The notes under the pieces are model-generated. The model was not told where the DNA came from. It saw only the letters and a program-made list of their open reading frames with translations, and made no database searches. Of a DNA stretch of 64,000 bases, positions 8,159 to 16,952 are shown piece by piece. Source of the DNA: Burkholderiales bacterium (lineage in GTDB: Bacteria; Pseudomonadota; Gammaproteobacteria; Burkholderiales; SG8-39); the NCBI GenBank assembly GCA_020848075.1, contig JADLAV010000021.1:5421-69420 (forward strand), in the 5' to 3' direction. How positions within the stretch are numbered: the first letter of the stretch is position 1; every line of letters begins with the position of its first letter. The translations under genes and the position numbers were made by a program.

Positions 8159-10795
8159 ATGACGGTCAGCGCGATCCGTGCCCTGTTCGAGCCCGAGCGG
8201 ATCGTATTCGCGCCCGGCGCGCACGATGACGCGCCCGCCGAGCGCGCGCTGCGCGCCAACCTGTCGTCGCCGCTGTTGCGCATTCCGGTGCACGAGCTCA
8301 CGAGGAGCGTCCCGGAGCACGCGCGATTCGACCTCGGCGTGATCGCGCTGCCGCAGCGCCGGCCGGCGTCCGTGCTCGATCGGATGCACCGCCTCGGGTG
8401 CGAAGCGGTGATCTTCGTGAACACGGGACCCGGCGATGCGTGGCGGCGGGCGGATGCCTTGCGGTTCATGCGCAGCCGCGCACGCGACCTCGGCATGCGT
8501 GCGCTCGGCCCCTCGCGGAGCGGCGTCATCATCCCCGCGGCGCACCTCGCTGCCGGAGCGGTGGCCACGCTGCCGGATGCAGGCACGACTGCGCTCGTGA
8601 CCGAGTCCGATTCGGTGCTCGGCGCGATGCTCGGGCACGCCGCCGGACGCGCATTCGGCTTCTCCCGGATCGCGGCGGTCGGCAAGGCGAGCGACGTCGC
8701 GCTCGGCGACGTCCTCGACTATCTCGCGACCGACGCGGCGACGAGCGCGATCCTCCTGCATCTCGAGCACGTCGCCGACGCGCGCCGGTTCGTGTCGGCC
8801 GCGCGCGCAGCGGTGCGGACCAAGCCGGTGCTGGTGCTTCGCGGCGGGGTGGCGCGCGAGCGGGGCCGGCCGGGGCTCGGTGGCCTGCTGCGGGCGGACG
8901 ACGTGTACGACGCCGTGTTCCGGCGCACCGGGCTCGTACGCGTGCCCTCGATCGAGGCCCTCTTCGACGGCGCGCTCGCGCTCGGGCGTTTGCACTCGCG
9001 TCAGGTCCAGGGGCTCGCCCGCGGTCGGCTCGCCATAGTCGCGAACGGCACCAGCGCGGCACTGCTCGCCGCCGACGCCGTCGTGGCGGGCGGCGGGTCG
9101 ATCGCGCAGCTCAACCAGGCGACGTGGACCAGGCTGGCCGCGGCAGGCGTGCAGCGCGGGGGCAACGGGTGCTGCCTCGACCTCGGCGACGACGCCGCGC
9201 CCACGCGCTTCGTCGATGCGCTGGCGGCGATCCTCGCCGGCGGCGATGCGGACGCGGTGCTCCTCGTGCACGCGCCGGCGCCCGGCGTCGGGCCGCTCGA
9301 CATCGCGCGCGCGGTCGCCGCGCGCGCGTCGGAGCTGACAGGCCATCTCGTCATCGCTGCGCTGCTCGGGCCGGCCGACGATGCGGCACGGGCGCAGCTG
9401 GAGCGGGCGGGGCTCCCATGCTACGACGACACGGTGGATGCGGTGCGCGCATTCCTGATCGGCGTGAGCGCTGCACGCGCCCAGGCCCAGCTCGGCGAGA
9501 TTCCAGAGCTCATTGCCGGCGCCGGCGCGCCGCACCCCGAAGAGGCGGTGCAGCTCGTCGATGTCGCGCTTGCCGAAGGCAGGCATGTGCTCGACGCCAC
9601 CGAGTCGCTCGCGCTCCTACACGCCTACGGCATTCCGGCCGCGGTGACCCGCACCGTTCGAACCGTGGCCGAGGCGCGCGCAGCGGCGGCGGCGCTCGGA
9701 TACCCGGTGGCGGTGGCGGGCCTCGTGCGCGGCGGCGGGTCGCGGCCAGCGCGGACAGAGGCGCTGCAGGCGGCGAGCGCGGCAGCGCTCGCGCGGTCCT
9801 CGCGCACCCTGCAGGACCGCGTCGGGCGTGCCCGAACCGGCGCACGCGTCGCCGGATTCGTGGTGCAACCCGTCCGCCCGGGGGCCGGAGCGCTCGCGCT
9901 TCTTCTCGGCGTGACGAACGATCCGACGTTCGGACCGGTGCTCGTGCTCGGGCAGGGCGGCCCGCACTTCGCGACGATCCGCGACTTCACGTGCGCCTTG
10001 CCGCCCCTCAACACGGCGCTCGCGCGCGCGGCGCTCGCCGAGACGCGCATCGGGCGTCTCGTCCTAAGCACGGGCGGCGCCCTGCTGGCGAACGTCGATG
10101 CGCTGCTGGCGGCGATCGTGCAGGTCTCTCAGCTCGTCGCTGATCAGGGTGCCCTCGCCGAGCTCTTCGTGAATCCGTTGCTCGCCGGCCCGGAGGGCGT
10201 GTTCGCGGTCGAGGCGCGCGTGCGGATCGCCGCACAGCGGCGCGGGGCACAGGCGGCTGCCCGGTTCGCGATCCGGCCCTACCCGAAGGAGCTCGAACGC
10301 TCCGTCACGCTGCGCGACGGTACCGTCGTCAAGATGCGCCCCATCCGGCCCGAGGACGCGCGCGCGATGCAGCGGGCCTTTCTGAGGATGACGCCGGAGG
10401 ACCGGCGCATGCGCCTCTTCACGCCGATGCGCGAGCTCCGCGACGATCTTGCGGCGCGCGCGAGCGCGATCGACTACGACCGCGAGCTCGCGCTCGTGAT
10501 CGAGGACCCTGCCCAGCCGGGCGAACTGTGGGGCGGGGCGCGCATCGTCGCGGACCCCGACGGCACGACGGCCGAGTACGCCGTCTCGACGCGCTCCGAC
10601 GCACAGGGGCGCGGGGTCGGCGAGGCCGCGGTGCGTGCGATCCTGCAATGCGCCAAGGAGCGCGGGATCCGGACCGTGCAAGGCGTCGTGCTGCGGGAGA
10701 ACGCGCCGATGCGCGCGCTCGCGCGGCGGCTCGGGTTCCGCGAGCTCCGCGATGCGGATGAACCCGACACGGTCTGGACGGTGATGGATCTCTGA
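8159..10795 (+). CDS. Pat/PatZ(YfiQ)-type protein acetyltransferase (ADP-forming acyl-CoA synthetase-like N-terminal region + C-terminal GNAT domain)
   Basis: 878 aa. CoA-binding and ATP-grasp-like regions are followed by VTLRDGTVVKMRPIRPEDARAMQRAFLRMTPEDRRMRLF...RSDAQGRGVG (GNAT). Confidence 0.88.
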   Translation: MTVSAIRALFEPERIVFAPGAHDDAPAERALRANLSSPLLRIPVHELTRSVPEHARFDLGVIALPQRRPASVLDRMHRLGCEAVIFVNTGPGDAWRRADALRFMRSRARDLGMRALGPSRSGVIIPAAHLAAGAVATLPDAGTTALVTESDSVLGAMLGHAAGRAFGFSRIAAVGKASDVALGDVLDYLATDAATSAILLHLEHVADARRFVSAARAAVRTKPVLVLRGGVARERGRPGLGGLLRADDVYDAVFRRTGLVRVPSIEALFDGALALGRLHSRQVQGLARGRLAIVANGTSAALLAADAVVAGGGSIAQLNQATWTRLAAAGVQRGGNGCCLDLGDDAAPTRFVDALAAILAGGDADAVLLVHAPAPGVGPLDIARAVAARASELTGHLVIAALLGPADDAARAQLERAGLPCYDDTVDAVRAFLIGVSAARAQAQLGEIPELIAGAGAPHPEEAVQLVDVALAEGRHVLDATESLALLHAYGIPAAVTRTVRTVAEARAAAAALGYPVAVAGLVRGGGSRPARTEALQAASAAALARSSRTLQDRVGRARTGARVAGFVVQPVRPGAGALALLLGVTNDPTFGPVLVLGQGGPHFATIRDFTCALPPLNTALARAALAETRIGRLVLSTGGALLANVDALLAAIVQVSQLVADQGALAELFVNPLLAGPEGVFAVEARVRIAAQRRGAQAAARFAIRPYPKELERSVTLRDGTVVKMRPIRPEDARAMQRAFLRMTPEDRRMRLFTPMRELRDDLAARASAIDYDRELALVIEDPAQPGELWGGARIVADPDGTTAEYAVSTRSDAQGRGVGEAAVRAILQCAKERGIRTVQGVVLRENAPMRALARRLGFRELRDADEPDTVWTVMDL

Positions 10796-10914
10796 CGGCG
10801 CTGTGCCCAGACCTGCCCGCGCCCTTCGTCCCCTGACGCCGACTGTATTGGCGACGGAGCGCGGGCCGCGCGCCCTCGTGGGCAAGGCGCGGCGATTGAC
10901 GAGATGCCGGGGCC

Positions 10915-11784
10915 TTACCGTTTCAACAGGGCGCTGCCGAAGAGACCGGTCGGCCTCACCAGCAGGATGAGCAGCATGGCGGCGAACGGCGCCATCTGCG
11001 CGAGCGGCGCGTAGACCAGCGATCCGAGGGAGACGACCTGCCCGACGATGAGGGCGGAGACGAGCGTTCCCTTGATGCTTCCCAGGCCGCCGATGATCAC
11101 GACCATGAAGACGAACGCCAGCACTTCGAGGCCCATCTGCGGGTACACCATGATCAGCGGGGCGTGCAGCCCGCCGGCGAGCCCGGAGAGTGCACCGGCG
11201 ATGACGAAGGTGAGGGTGAAGAGCCTGGAAACGTTGATTCCCAGCCCCTCGACGTGCTCCACGTTCTCGATGCCGGCCCGGATCGCCTTGCCGGTGATGG
11301 TGCGGTTCAGGAAGACCCAGATGCCGGCGTAAACGAGAGCCGCGACGCCGATCACGACCAGCCGGTAGACGGGCACTTCGGTGCCGAGGACGTTGAGCTG
11401 CGTCATCATCGGCACGGCGACCGGACGGGGAACCACTCCCCAGAAGAACTGGATGACGCCGATCCCGCCGATCAGGACGCCGAAGGACGTGATCATGCTG
11501 AAGGTGATCTCCCGCTCGTAGATGCGACGGAACACCAGCCGCTCGACGGCAAGCGCCACGACCGCCGCCACCATGGTTCCGCCGACCATGCCGAGCCAGA
11601 CGCTGCCGGTCACGACGCCGAAGGAGTAGGTGATGTATCCGCCGAGCGAGTAGTAGAGCAGTTGATCGAGGCTGATGATCCTCATCAGGCCGAAGCACAG
11701 CGACAGCCCGATCGCCATCGTGAAGTAGATGCTCCCGATGCTCAGGCCGAAGATGACGCCCGACGGGAGCAGTTGCGGGTCCAT
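10915..11784 (-). CDS. Branched-chain amino acid ABC transporter permease (LivH-like)
   Basis: Tail of ORF 10915..12747, starting at ATG 11784 (MDPQLLPSGVIFGLSIGSIYFTMAIGLSL...). The start overlaps the upstream permease stop (TGATG). Confidence 0.92.
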   Translation of the reverse strand: MDPQLLPSGVIFGLSIGSIYFTMAIGLSLCFGLMRIISLDQLLYYSLGGYITYSFGVVTGSVWLGMVGGTMVAAVVALAVERLVFRRIYEREITFSMITSFGVLIGGIGVIQFFWGVVPRPVAVPMMTQLNVLGTEVPVYRLVVIGVAALVYAGIWVFLNRTITGKAIRAGIENVEHVEGLGINVSRLFTLTFVIAGALSGLAGGLHAPLIMVYPQMGLEVLAFVFMVVIIGGLGSIKGTLVSALIVGQVVSLGSLVYAPLAQMAPFAAMLLILLVRPTGLFGSALLKR

Positions 11785-12767
11785 CACTCGCGCGCCTCCG
11801 CGCCAACGCCCGCCGATCGCAATCGGCGGCGGAAGAGGAGCTTCTCCAGGCGCGGCTGCAGCGTGCCCCAGATGCCCTGCTCGCCGGAGAGCATGATGAT
11901 CACCAGCAGGAACCCGATGAGGAGCTCCCAGTTGCCGACGAGCGCGGCGATCGCGTCCTTCATGCCCGTGTAGATGAAGGCGCCGACCAGCGGCCCGTAG
12001 AGCGTGCCGACCCCGCCGAGGATCGTGACGATGACCGGATCGGCGGCGCGCGAGGGGCTCGTGATTTCCGGGCTCACGAAGCCGAGATAGACCGCGTACA
12101 TCGCGCCGGCGAGCGCGGTCGTCGTGTTGGCGATGACGAAGGCGAGCAGCCGGACCCGGTAGTTGCTGTAGCCGAGAAACCGCAGCTTGTCCTCGTTCGC
12201 CTTCGTCGCGAGGCAGCAGGCGCCGTAGATCGAGTCGTCGAGGTACTTGTAGAACGCCCACACCGCGAGCCCGACCAGCAGCGCAAAGACGAAGAAGTCC
12301 TCCGGCTTGCCGAGGTCGAGCACCGGCGTGGACGCGATGTTGGCCAGGAACCAGAGCCCGTTGTCCCCCTGGGTGACGCCCGCCAGGACCTTCTGCATCA
12401 GGTAGTAGACGATGACCGCCAGCGCGAGGTTGACCAGCGCGAAGTAATCGCTTCGCAGCCGCACGAAGAGCGGCCCGACGATGCCGGAGACCACGAGACC
12501 CGACAGGACGCCGAGCAGGATGCCGAGGTACGGGTTGGCTCCGAAGTAGAAGAGGTAGAAGGCGGTCCCGTAGGCGCCGACCGCGAGGTAGGCCGGCTGC
12601 CCGAACGAAATGAACCCGACGCGCCCGAGCAGGAAGTTGCAGCCGATCGTGTAGATCGAGAAGATGAGCACTTCGTTGACGAACGGCAGCGGCAGGAACG
12701 CCCGCGAAATCGCCAGGAGGGCAAACGCGAGCAGCAGGCCCCACCACCAGCGCAGCGCTCTCACCAT
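11784..12767 (-). CDS. Branched-chain amino acid ABC transporter permease (LivM-like)
   Basis: 327 aa, hydrophobic throughout, with typical LivM layout. Confidence 0.92.
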   Translation of the reverse strand: MVRALRWWWGLLLAFALLAISRAFLPLPFVNEVLIFSIYTIGCNFLLGRVGFISFGQPAYLAVGAYGTAFYLFYFGANPYLGILLGVLSGLVVSGIVGPLFVRLRSDYFALVNLALAVIVYYLMQKVLAGVTQGDNGLWFLANIASTPVLDLGKPEDFFVFALLVGLAVWAFYKYLDDSIYGACCLATKANEDKLRFLGYSNYRVRLLAFVIANTTTALAGAMYAVYLGFVSPEITSPSRAADPVIVTILGGVGTLYGPLVGAFIYTGMKDAIAALVGNWELLIGFLLVIIMLSGEQGIWGTLQPRLEKLLFRRRLRSAGVGAEARE

Positions 12768-12785
12768 GTCGCGGACCCCGGACCC

Positions 12786-13481
12786 CTAGAGATAGCGCTC
12801 ACAGGCGTCCACCGTGATTGATTCGCCCCTGGAGAGCTCCGCCACGATGTGCCCCTCCTTCAGGGCGTACACCTTGCTCGATATGGCGCACACGAGGGGC
12901 AGATTCTGCTCCACGATCACCAGCGCCGTGCTGCTGCTCAGGTCCCGGAACACGTCCTTCAGGTGCGTGACGATGCTGGGCGCGAGCCCCTCGGTCGGCT
13001 CGTCGACGAGCAGCACCTGCGGGCGGCCAAGGATCGCCCGGCCGATCATGAGCATCTGGCGCTCCCCGCCGCTCAGGTAGCCGGCCTTGCGGTCGAGGAG
13101 CTGGCGCAGCTTCGGGAAATAGCCGTACACCCGCTCCCAGTCGTAATCCTGCGTGGAGTAGCTGCCGAGCTCGAGGTTCTCGCGGACCGTGAGGTCGGAG
13201 AACACCTTCTTGTCCTGCGGGACGTACTTGACGCCCAGCTTCGCGATGTCGTAGGACGCGCGGCCCACCAGATCCGTGCCGCCGAAACTGACCGTGCCGG
13301 AGCGCGGCTTGACGAATCCGGCGATGCTCTTGAGGAGCGTGGTCTTGCCGGCGCCGTTGCGCCCCACGCAGGCCACGATCGCGCTGGGCGCAACGCGCAG
13401 GCCCACGCCGAACAGGACTTTGGATTCGCCGTAGGCGACGTTGAGATCGCTGACGTTCAGGATCGCGTCGCTCGCAGTCAT
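12786..13481 (-). CDS. Branched-chain amino acid ABC transporter ATP-binding protein (LivF-like)
   Basis: Trimmed to ATG 13481 (MTASDAILNVSDLNVAYG...). GRNGAGKTTLLK, YLSGGERQML, LLVDEPTEGLAP. ATGA overlap with the upstream ATPase gene. Confidence 0.92.
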   Translation of the reverse strand: MTASDAILNVSDLNVAYGESKVLFGVGLRVAPSAIVACVGRNGAGKTTLLKSIAGFVKPRSGTVSFGGTDLVGRASYDIAKLGVKYVPQDKKVFSDLTVRENLELGSYSTQDYDWERVYGYFPKLRQLLDRKAGYLSGGERQMLMIGRAILGRPQVLLVDEPTEGLAPSIVTHLKDVFRDLSSSTALVIVEQNLPLVCAISSKVYALKEGHIVAELSRGESITVDACERYL

Positions 13482-14263
13482 GCGTGGCTGCCCTCGCCGC
13501 CTTCCGCGGCGGGGTCGATCTGCCAGTAGCTTCTGCGCACCTCGGGGTGGCGCAGCGTTTCCTCGAACTCGCCGTCGGCGATGATCCTGCCTTCGTGCAT
13601 GACGGTGAGCCGCTGCAGGAAGTCTTTCACGTGCGAGATCTTGTGCTCGACGAGCAGAATGGTCTGCCGCCCCACGCGCCTGCGCAGCACGTCGAGGACG
13701 CCTTTCACCTCCGACTCCGCGAGCCCCGCGAGCGGCTCGTCGAGGAGCAGCACCTCGGGCTCGGCCAGCACGGCCATCGCGATCTCGAGCCGCCGCTTCT
13801 CTCCCAGGCTGAGATGCATGACCTGCCGGTCGCGCACGCTCTGCAGGTCGAACGTCTCCAGGGCGGTGGCGATCTGCGGCTCCGCGCGGTGCTTCCTGCA
13901 CGTGCTGAAGATGAGGTGCAGCAGGGACGAGCGCCGGTGCGCCCTGAAGAAGGCGAGCACGAGATTGTCGATCACGCTCAGGTTGTCGAAGGTGGCGGTC
14001 AGCTGGAAGGTGCGCATCATCCCCAGGCCGACCCTTTCCTGCGGCGTGGCGCGGGTGATGTCCCGCCCCTTGTAGCGGATGGTTCCCTCGTCCGGGCGGA
14101 AGTATCCCGTCAGGAGATTGAAGAGGGTGGTCTTCCCCGCGCCGTTCGAGCCGATGATGCCGGCGACCTCGTGCTCGCGCAGCGAGTAGTCGACGTGCCC
14201 GACGGCGGTCAACGCGCCGAAGCGCTTCGTGACGCCTTCGGCCTTGAGAATCTCTGCAGCCAC
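13478..14263 (-). CDS. Branched-chain amino acid ABC transporter ATP-binding protein (LivG-like)
   Basis: GSNGAGKTTLFN, LSLGEKRRLE, LLLDEPLAGL. I prefer start GTG 14263 (V-AAEILKAEGVTKRFG) because the 52 codons up to TTG 14419 are Arg-rich and contain a strong hairpin. Confidence 0.85.
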   Translation of the reverse strand: MAAEILKAEGVTKRFGALTAVGHVDYSLREHEVAGIIGSNGAGKTTLFNLLTGYFRPDEGTIRYKGRDITRATPQERVGLGMMRTFQLTATFDNLSVIDNLVLAFFRAHRRSSLLHLIFSTCRKHRAEPQIATALETFDLQSVRDRQVMHLSLGEKRRLEIAMAVLAEPEVLLLDEPLAGLAESEVKGVLDVLRRRVGRQTILLVEHKISHVKDFLQRLTVMHEGRIIADGEFEETLRHPEVRRSYWQIDPAAEGGEGSHA

Positions 14264-14403
14264 TCCGACGCTGCTCCGTTCCAGGTTGACGGGTCCGATG
14301 AGGTCGCGCGGTTGGCCGGAGAAGCGCTCTGCTTCTGAAGTTCCGCCGCCATCCAGCCGAGCGCGACGCGCGGGTCGCGGCAGCAGCGCGCCCCGCACAC
14401 CGC

Positions 14404-14431
14404 CGCGCGCCGGCTGCAAGGCCGGCGCGCG
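14404..14431 (-). other. Intercistronic GC hairpin between the binding-protein gene and the ATPase genes
   Basis: GCGCGCCGGC-TGCAAG-GCCGGCGCGC, a perfect 10-bp stem with no U-tract. Possibly an mRNA-stability or partial-termination element. Confidence 0.35.
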
Positions 14432-14457
14432 CGGCTAGACGCTAGTTGATCGTGGTC

Positions 14458-15702
14458 TCAGAATCCGAGCGACTTCAGCGGCGGCAGCACCGACTCGCCG
14501 CCCATGGCATCCACGACTGTGAAGAGATCCCAGTCGCCCTTGCGCTCGGCCGGGCTCTTCCCCTTCACGAGGAAGGCGGCATACTTGTACTCGGCGGCGT
14601 GGTCGCGGCGCCATTTGGCGGGGCCCTTGAGGGTGTTGAAGCGGCCGTCGTTCGTGAACATCGCCGCCGACACCTTCTTCGGGTCGAAGGATTTCGCGGC
14701 CTCGAAGCCCCGGAGCATCTCCGAGTACGCGACATAGGCGATCGCCGCATAAGCGTCGGGCGGGCTGTTGTACTTGGCGCGATACAGCTCGGTGAATTCC
14801 TTGGCGCTCTTCGCAACCTCCTTGTCGGCGAAGTTGTCCAGGTCATAGTAGAAGTAGTGCATCGCGTACACGCCGGCGAGCGCTTCGGGCGGGAGGCCCT
14901 TGGCGACCACGTTCGTGATGAAGCCGTTGAAGATGGTCATGTCCTTCTGGAGTCCCATCTGGTAGGCCTGCTTCAGGAGCGCGACGGCATCGGCCGCGAA
15001 CTGGGCGAAGATGAAGACATCCGGCTTCGCGGCCGCCACTTTCTGCAGCACGGTCGTGTAGTCGCCGGTTCCCACCGGGAGCTCGTCGTAGCCGATGACC
15101 TCGGCGCCGAGCTCCTGGGCGGCGGCTTTGACGCCGTCCCGCATGTCCCAGCCAAAGCTGTCGCTGCGGGCGAGGAAGAAGATGCGCTTCTTGCCGAGGG
15201 TCTTGATGGCGGACTGTCCCGCCATGTAGCCCACCGTCCACGGGCTGTAGGCGGCGGCGAAGGTGGAATCGGCCAGCTTGCCCTTCTGGAATGCTTCCTT
15301 CGCCATGACGCACACGGGGTAGTAGGGCAGGGGCTCCTTTGCGACCAGGGCGTTGATGGCGTAGGCGAGCGGCGCCCAAGTCTGGCCGCCCAGTCCCTTC
15401 ACGCCCTCGGAAACCATGTAGCGGAAGCGCCGGACCCCCACGTCCTGCTTGGCTTCGTCGTCGGCGATGTCGGCTTCGACCTTCACCTTGCCCCAGGGCA
15501 TGGCGAGGCCGCCTTTCTTGTTGACGGCGTCGATGGCGAGGAGCGCACCGTCGCGCTGGGTCTGCGCGACCGCCGCGAACGTCCCCGTGAGCGGGAGCAG
15601 GATTCCCACCTTGATCGTGGTCGGGTCTGCCGCGCTCGCGGGCCCCTGCGCGAGGACGCCCGCGAGGGCGAGCGCCGAAAGCAAGGCTGGAAGCTTTCTC
15701 AT
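14458..15702 (-). CDS. Periplasmic amino-acid/amide binding protein (LivK/type I PBP family)
   Basis: Trimmed to ATG 15702 with AAGGAGGAT SD. MRKLPALLSALALAGVLAQGPASA signal peptide, then IKVGILLPLTGTFAA. Confidence 0.92.
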   Translation of the reverse strand: MRKLPALLSALALAGVLAQGPASAADPTTIKVGILLPLTGTFAAVAQTQRDGALLAIDAVNKKGGLAMPWGKVKVEADIADDEAKQDVGVRRFRYMVSEGVKGLGGQTWAPLAYAINALVAKEPLPYYPVCVMAKEAFQKGKLADSTFAAAYSPWTVGYMAGQSAIKTLGKKRIFFLARSDSFGWDMRDGVKAAAQELGAEVIGYDELPVGTGDYTTVLQKVAAAKPDVFIFAQFAADAVALLKQAYQMGLQKDMTIFNGFITNVVAKGLPPEALAGVYAMHYFYYDLDNFADKEVAKSAKEFTELYRAKYNSPPDAYAAIAYVAYSEMLRGFEAAKSFDPKKVSAAMFTNDGRFNTLKGPAKWRRDHAAEYKYAAFLVKGKSPAERKGDWDLFTVVDAMGGESVLPPLKSLGF

Positions 15703-15926
15703 CGTATCCTCCTTCTTCGTGGTGTCCGCGCGGATCGCCCGGGAGCGGCCAATGCGCGCGCGGTTGTTGGTTCTTCGTGGGTCCGAGCGCGCGAAAGAAA
15801 CTATGCCCTCGAACCGCAGGTGGGAAAACATGCTTCACACCAGGCGCGCAATATAGCATGCGCACTATGGATCGTCCGGGCACCGCGCGGAACGCGCCGC
15901 GCGCCGACAGGACCGAGGAGAGCCGC

Positions 15927-16826
15927 GTGGCGAAGATCGACATCGAGCAATTCGAACAGCTCATCCGCCCCTACCGCATCGCGAAAGGCAAGCGGTTCCG
16001 GTTGAAGGACATCGACCCCGCCGACACGCGCGGGCTCAAGTCCGAGGAGAAGGCCGAGGCGCAGGCGCTGCTCGCCAGCGGCGTCGAGTGGCTCGCCGAG
16101 GAGCAGGAGAAGCTGTACGCGCAGGATCGCTGGGGCGTGCTGCTCGTCTTCCAGGCGATGGACGCCGCCGGCAAGGACAGCACCATCAAGCACGTGATGT
16201 CGGGGGTGAATCCGCAGGGCGTGCAGGTGACCTCGTTCAAGGCGCCATCGGCCGAGGAGCTCGACCACGACTTCCTGTGGCGCTGCGCGAGAGCGCTGCC
16301 CGAGCGCGGCCGGATCGGCATCTTCAACCGCAGCTACTACGAGGAGGTGCTGGTGGTGCGGGTGCACCAGGCGCTCCTCGCGCGCCAGCAGCTGCCGCCC
16401 GAGGGCGTGACGAAGGACATCTGGCGGGAGCGCTTCGAGGCGATCCGCAACTTCGAGCAGTATCTCGCGCGCAACGGCTATCTCGTCCTGAAATTCTTCC
16501 TGCACGTCTCGCGCGGCGAGCAGAAGAAGCGCTTCCTGGAGCGGCTCGACCGCCCCGAGAAGCACTGGAAGTTCTCGAGCGCGGACGTGCACGAGCGCGG
16601 GTACTGGAACGATTACATGAACGCGTACGAGGACATGATCCGCCACACGGCGGCGGGGCATGCGCCCTGGTACGTCGTGCCGGCCGACAACAAGTGGTTC
16701 ACGCGGCTCGCCGTCGCCGCGGCGATCGTTCACGGCATCGAGCGGCTCGATCTCCGCTTTCCGAAGGTCGACGCGGCCAAGCGCAAGGACTTTGCCGCAG
16801 CGCGTGAGATCCTGCTGAAGGAGTAG
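15927..16826 (+). CDS. ppk2: PPK2-family polyphosphate:nucleotide phosphotransferase (PA3455-like subfamily)
   Basis: VLLVFQAMDAAGKDSTIKHV (Walker A-like), FNRSYYEEV, WYVVPADNKW. Start GTG 15927 is preceded by GAGGAG at a 6-nt spacing; ATG 15858 and 15867 are alternatives. Confidence 0.88.
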   Translation: MAKIDIEQFEQLIRPYRIAKGKRFRLKDIDPADTRGLKSEEKAEAQALLASGVEWLAEEQEKLYAQDRWGVLLVFQAMDAAGKDSTIKHVMSGVNPQGVQVTSFKAPSAEELDHDFLWRCARALPERGRIGIFNRSYYEEVLVVRVHQALLARQQLPPEGVTKDIWRERFEAIRNFEQYLARNGYLVLKFFLHVSRGEQKKRFLERLDRPEKHWKFSSADVHERGYWNDYMNAYEDMIRHTAAGHAPWYVVPADNKWFTRLAVAAAIVHGIERLDLRFPKVDAAKRKDFAAAREILLKE

Positions 16827-16952
16827 GGTGCCGATCGCCCGTGCGATGCGGGAATCGGGAATTCGACCGGTGCTACCATGGATTCTCGCCCGCCTGCCGG
16901 CGGGTGCGCTGCAGTCCGGCGCCGCCGCGCCGACTCTCGGGGAGGCCATCGC

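Noticed and set aside
7364-9586. 740-aa ORF antisense to the lipoprotein and Pat genes. The same applies to 15801..18212, 28797..30857, 33041..34849, 35843..37687, 49970..52180, 55240..57690, 2509..4062, 14446..16005 and 41427..43268.
   Set aside because: All lie opposite or out of frame to well-supported genes and are Arg/Gly/Asp/His-rich low-information translations.
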